The notes under the pieces were generated by a model that saw only the letters and a list, made by a program, of their open reading frames with translations, had not been told where the DNA came from and made no database searches. Position numbers and translations under genes: made by a program. From assembly GCA_964452565.1 (NCBI GenBank), contig CAYVLY010000002.1, positions 22,661 through 86,660 on the forward strand: 64,000 nucleotides of DNA, written 5' to 3'. Positions 59,451 through 64,000 of this stretch are shown here, piece after piece (within the stretch, counting starts at the first letter, position 1; every line of letters starts with the position of its first letter). Source of the DNA: an uncultured Gammaproteobacteria bacterium (GTDB lineage: Bacteria > Patescibacteriota > Patescibacteriia > UBA9934).

Positions 59451-60563
59451 TTAATTTGATTGATCTGAAACTTGTTTTCTTAAATATTCTTCGATGAAGT
59501 CCTGTAAATCACCATCAAGCACTTTTTCAACGTCTTGAACCTGATGATCGGTGCGGTGGTCTTTTACCATTTTATATGGATGCAGTACATAACTTCGAAT
59601 CTGGTTACCCCACTCTGGTGACTTGTGACCGCCCTTTAGTTCATCAAGCTTTTCTGCACGCTCCTCTAACATGCATTGGAACAATCTCGACTTTAGTACG
59701 CGCATTGCAGTCGCCTTGTTCTGCAGTTGCGACCTTTCGTTCTGGCAAGTTACCACTGTGTTCGTCGGAACGTGAGTGATTCGAACTGCAGAATATGTAG
59801 TGTTTACTCCCTGCCCTCCATGACCTGATGCCATAAAAGTGTCTATCCGCAGATCTTTCTCATCTATCTCAATGCCACTCTCAGACAGCTCATCAAGCTC
59901 TGGAATAACTTCTACAAGCGCGAAAGCTGTGTGCCTCATCTTCTCTGCATCAAATGGTGAGATACGTACCAATCGGTGAACACCAGCTTCTGATTTAAGG
60001 TATCCATATGCATATCGTCCTTTGATCGACAATTCGACGCTCTTGTATCCAGCTTCCTCACCTGGTGATGACTCCAACACATCCACGCTCCAGCCCTGAG
60101 CTTCTGCAAATCGCGTGAACATTCTTAGCAACATCCCGGCCCAGTCCATTGCATCTGTTCCTCCTGCACCGGCATGAACTGTAAGAATCGCATTGTTAAC
60201 ATCTTGATTTTCTGAAAGAAGGGTTTGCAACTCAAGTTTATCAAATCGCTTTTGAAGATCATTAGTAGTTGACATGACTTCTTCCTGCACCTGCTCATTC
60301 TCTTCCTGCTCAGCGAGAGCCAACATCTCAATCGCATCCTCAACATCTTTAATCAAATTCTGCCAAATCTCGACTTGATCCTTACGCTCAGCCACCTCTT
60401 GTGATACTTCTTTTGCCCTATCTTGATCAGACCAAAAGTCAGCAGCGCCCATCTGAATCTCAAACTCATGCACGCGCTCTTGAGATGAGTCCAGATCCAA
60501 CATCACCCAAGCATCTTGGGCCTTTTTCTGTAATTCTTTCAGTTGTTTATCAAGTGCTGACAT
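59451..60563 (-). CDS. prfB: Peptide chain release factor 2 (no programmed frameshift)
   Basis: GVHRLVRISPF, GGQ, WGNQIRSYV; continuous ORF. Confidence 0.96.
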   Translation of the reverse strand: MSALDKQLKELQKKAQDAWVMLDLDSSQERVHEFEIQMGAADFWSDQDRAKEVSQEVAERKDQVEIWQNLIKDVEDAIEMLALAEQEENEQVQEEVMSTTNDLQKRFDKLELQTLLSENQDVNNAILTVHAGAGGTDAMDWAGMLLRMFTRFAEAQGWSVDVLESSPGEEAGYKSVELSIKGRYAYGYLKSEAGVHRLVRISPFDAEKMRHTAFALVEVIPELDELSESGIEIDEKDLRIDTFMASGHGGQGVNTTYSAVRITHVPTNTVVTCQNERSQLQNKATAMRVLKSRLFQCMLEERAEKLDELKGGHKSPEWGNQIRSYVLHPYKMVKDHRTDHQVQDVEKVLDGDLQDFIEEYLRKQVSDQSN

Positions 60564-60570
60564 GATTAGA

Positions 60571-60652
60571 AACCTCCCCTATCCCCTCCTTCGTAAGGAG
60601 GGGTCGAACCTACTCGCCCCTCCCCCTTACGAAGGGGGAGTAGGAGGGGGTT
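60571..60652. repeat. Inverted doublet of CCCCT..CCTT repeat upstream of prfB
   Basis: AACCTCCCCTATCCCCTCCTTCGTAAGGAGGGG ... CTCCCCCTTACGAAGGGGGAGTAGGAGGGGGTT. Confidence 0.85.
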
Positions 60653-60705
60653 CTTATAATTCAAATACAGGGCTATCATGCCCTGTATTTTTGATAAAAT
60701 CAAGC

Positions 60706-61056
60706 TCAGATCTTTAACTTCTTTGCATAGTCTCCCAATACTGGCATCTCCCACATTTCACCCTCAAGAGCCTTCAAGATTCCGACAATTGATGCAACAA
60801 CCACTGCAAGGTACAAAACCATCATCACGAACCACCCTAGAATCGGAATAAAGATCAAAATGTTGGACACGACCATCAAAATTACTTCAACAATGAACAG
60901 CACCAAGCCTTGTTTTGCATGGAATTGCGCGTACTTAGAATCCTTTGCCATTAATAGCGGAATAAAGCAAAGAATGAATACATAACCAATGGCTGCAAGC
61001 GCCTTATTATCGTTGACATCCTTTTTATCAACGGCTGGTTTTTTTGTTTCTGACAT
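60706..61056 (-). CDS. DUF4870-like membrane protein
   Basis: AAIGY, FHAKQGL, G.MW.MP pattern. Confidence 0.8.
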   Translation of the reverse strand: MSETKKPAVDKKDVNDNKALAAIGYVFILCFIPLLMAKDSKYAQFHAKQGLVLFIVEVILMVVSNILIFIPILGWFVMMVLYLAVVVASIVGILKALEGEMWEMPVLGDYAKKLKI

Positions 61057-61222
61057 AAATAATAAGTTTAGTTTTTACAAACTTATTATAGCGCAGGTAG
61101 TAGCAAGTAGCTAGTAGGTAGTAGATGCAAAAGAACCGATCTTACGATCGGTTCTTTATTTGGGTTCTGTGCCACAACCCGCCTTCGCATAAAGCTTCGG
61201 CGGGTGATCCGGCTACGCCGGA

Positions 61223-63159
<1,937 letters not shown>

Positions 63160-63182
63160 AATATATGTTATTTACAGACCCA

Positions 63183-63220
63183 ATCTTAGATAATTAGCAG
63201 TCTTATGTCAAGAATGCCAA
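63183..63220 (-). promoter_or_regulatory. groESL promoter overlapped by a CIRCE operator
   Basis: TTAGCAGTC-N9-GAATGCCAA at 63194-63220 (consensus TTAGCACTC-N9-GAGTGCTAA); minus-strand TTGACA-17-TAAGAT. Confidence 0.8.
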
Positions 63221-63339
63221 CAAAACAAAAAACCACGCTGTCCTCGAGGGAACAACGCGGAGGGGGACGGGTCCAGCCATTATCAAAATCATTCGTCTAT
63301 TAAATCGAATGATTTATAAAATGCCTGGATACCGATGAT

Positions 63340-63942
63340 CTAGTCTACTGGGATCCACCCACCTGGACAGCCCTTAAGGCGCCAGCGATCATAGTGGTTG
63401 GAACAGTACCCACTTGCGTAGTGGGGTTGCTCACAGACGGTGCCGCAGCACTCGTTCTGGCCACGCTTGCCATGCTTGGGCTTCCTGCTGTGTTCCACAA
63501 AGCCGGGCTCTCCTCTTCGTGGCGGACGCACCCACCCTTCTGGTCGACCAGCACGAGTCCATCCTTGGTAGCAGTTGCGGCAGTAGCCCTTGCAGTACAC
63601 CCTACCATCACAGCCCTTGCTCTTGCAGGGCTTGGGCTTGGGAAGGTTCTTCCACCCCTCAGGGTGAGCATTGGAATGCTGGAACCAAGGCACAGGCCTG
63701 CCAACTCTCCTCCATGCACGTACGTGGTCTTTGCAGTAGCCGCTCGCTTCGTGTGGGTACTCACACCCTGGGATACTGCATGTGTTGGGCCTTACCTTTG
63801 GCCGATCTGGCTTCCAGTCACCGGGCATGCCAAGCCGGTACCATGCCTGGTAGTGTGCTCCGCAGTACCCAGCACACATGTGACCATCATTTTTGGTCTT
63901 TTTGCACCAAGATACCTTACAGGTCTCCTTTCTTTGTGGCAT
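63340..63942 (-). CDS. GC-rich protein with four tandem zinc-finger-like repeats
   Basis: Four copies of C-x4-C..GYC-x2-(H/C)..W..G.P..W; AGGAGG SD. Confidence 0.8.
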   Translation of the reverse strand: MPQRKETCKVSWCKKTKNDGHMCAGYCGAHYQAWYRLGMPGDWKPDRPKVRPNTCSIPGCEYPHEASGYCKDHVRAWRRVGRPVPWFQHSNAHPEGWKNLPKPKPCKSKGCDGRVYCKGYCRNCYQGWTRAGRPEGWVRPPRRGEPGFVEHSRKPKHGKRGQNECCGTVCEQPHYASGYCSNHYDRWRLKGCPGGWIPVD

Positions 63943-64000
63943 GACTCCTCCTGAGTCATAAGGTCGAACTCGGAATTGAGATTCGACGACTAATTAGACC

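Noticed and set aside
63345-63954. Long alternative-frame and antisense ORFs over GC-rich genes (also 45891-46735 and 42597-43466)
   Set aside because: Expected from stop-codon scarcity in GC-rich DNA; only one frame has an SD and coherent motifs.

Overview
Chromosomal window from a small-genome bacterium. The gene set and typical hypothetical proteins point to Patescibacteria/CPR, probably the ABY1 group (inference). Housekeeping genes are gatB, miaA, thrS, dnaE, pheS/pheT, rseP, murI, lemA-htpX-clp, radA, recG, prs, comF, rsmA, tsaC, prfB and groES/groEL, plus three tRNAs: Ser-GCT, Ser-TGA and an uncommon Arg-GCG. A co-oriented minus-strand cluster encodes a monoderm-type T4SS core (VirB4, PrgI, VirB6-like, VirB8-like) ending in comF and preceded by a 3042-aa Cys-rich secreted protein. 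A ~5 kb block with two REP-associated tyrosine transposases and two GC-rich secreted-protein genes splits this cluster. The least explained signals are non-coding. (1) Structured ~160-176-bp modules follow both tRNA-Ser genes; they end in a copy of the tRNA 3' end, show compensatory base changes, and one rebuilds a 73-nt Ser acceptor-stem RNA. (2) The thrS T-box has an ultrashort stem I. (3) At least four small palindromic repeat families occur, some sitting in frame inside miaA, comF and a T4SS-linked gene. (4) GC-rich singleton genes with strong SD sites contrast with the near-leaderless host genes. All calls are by eye from the sequence and ORF track; no database searches were run.
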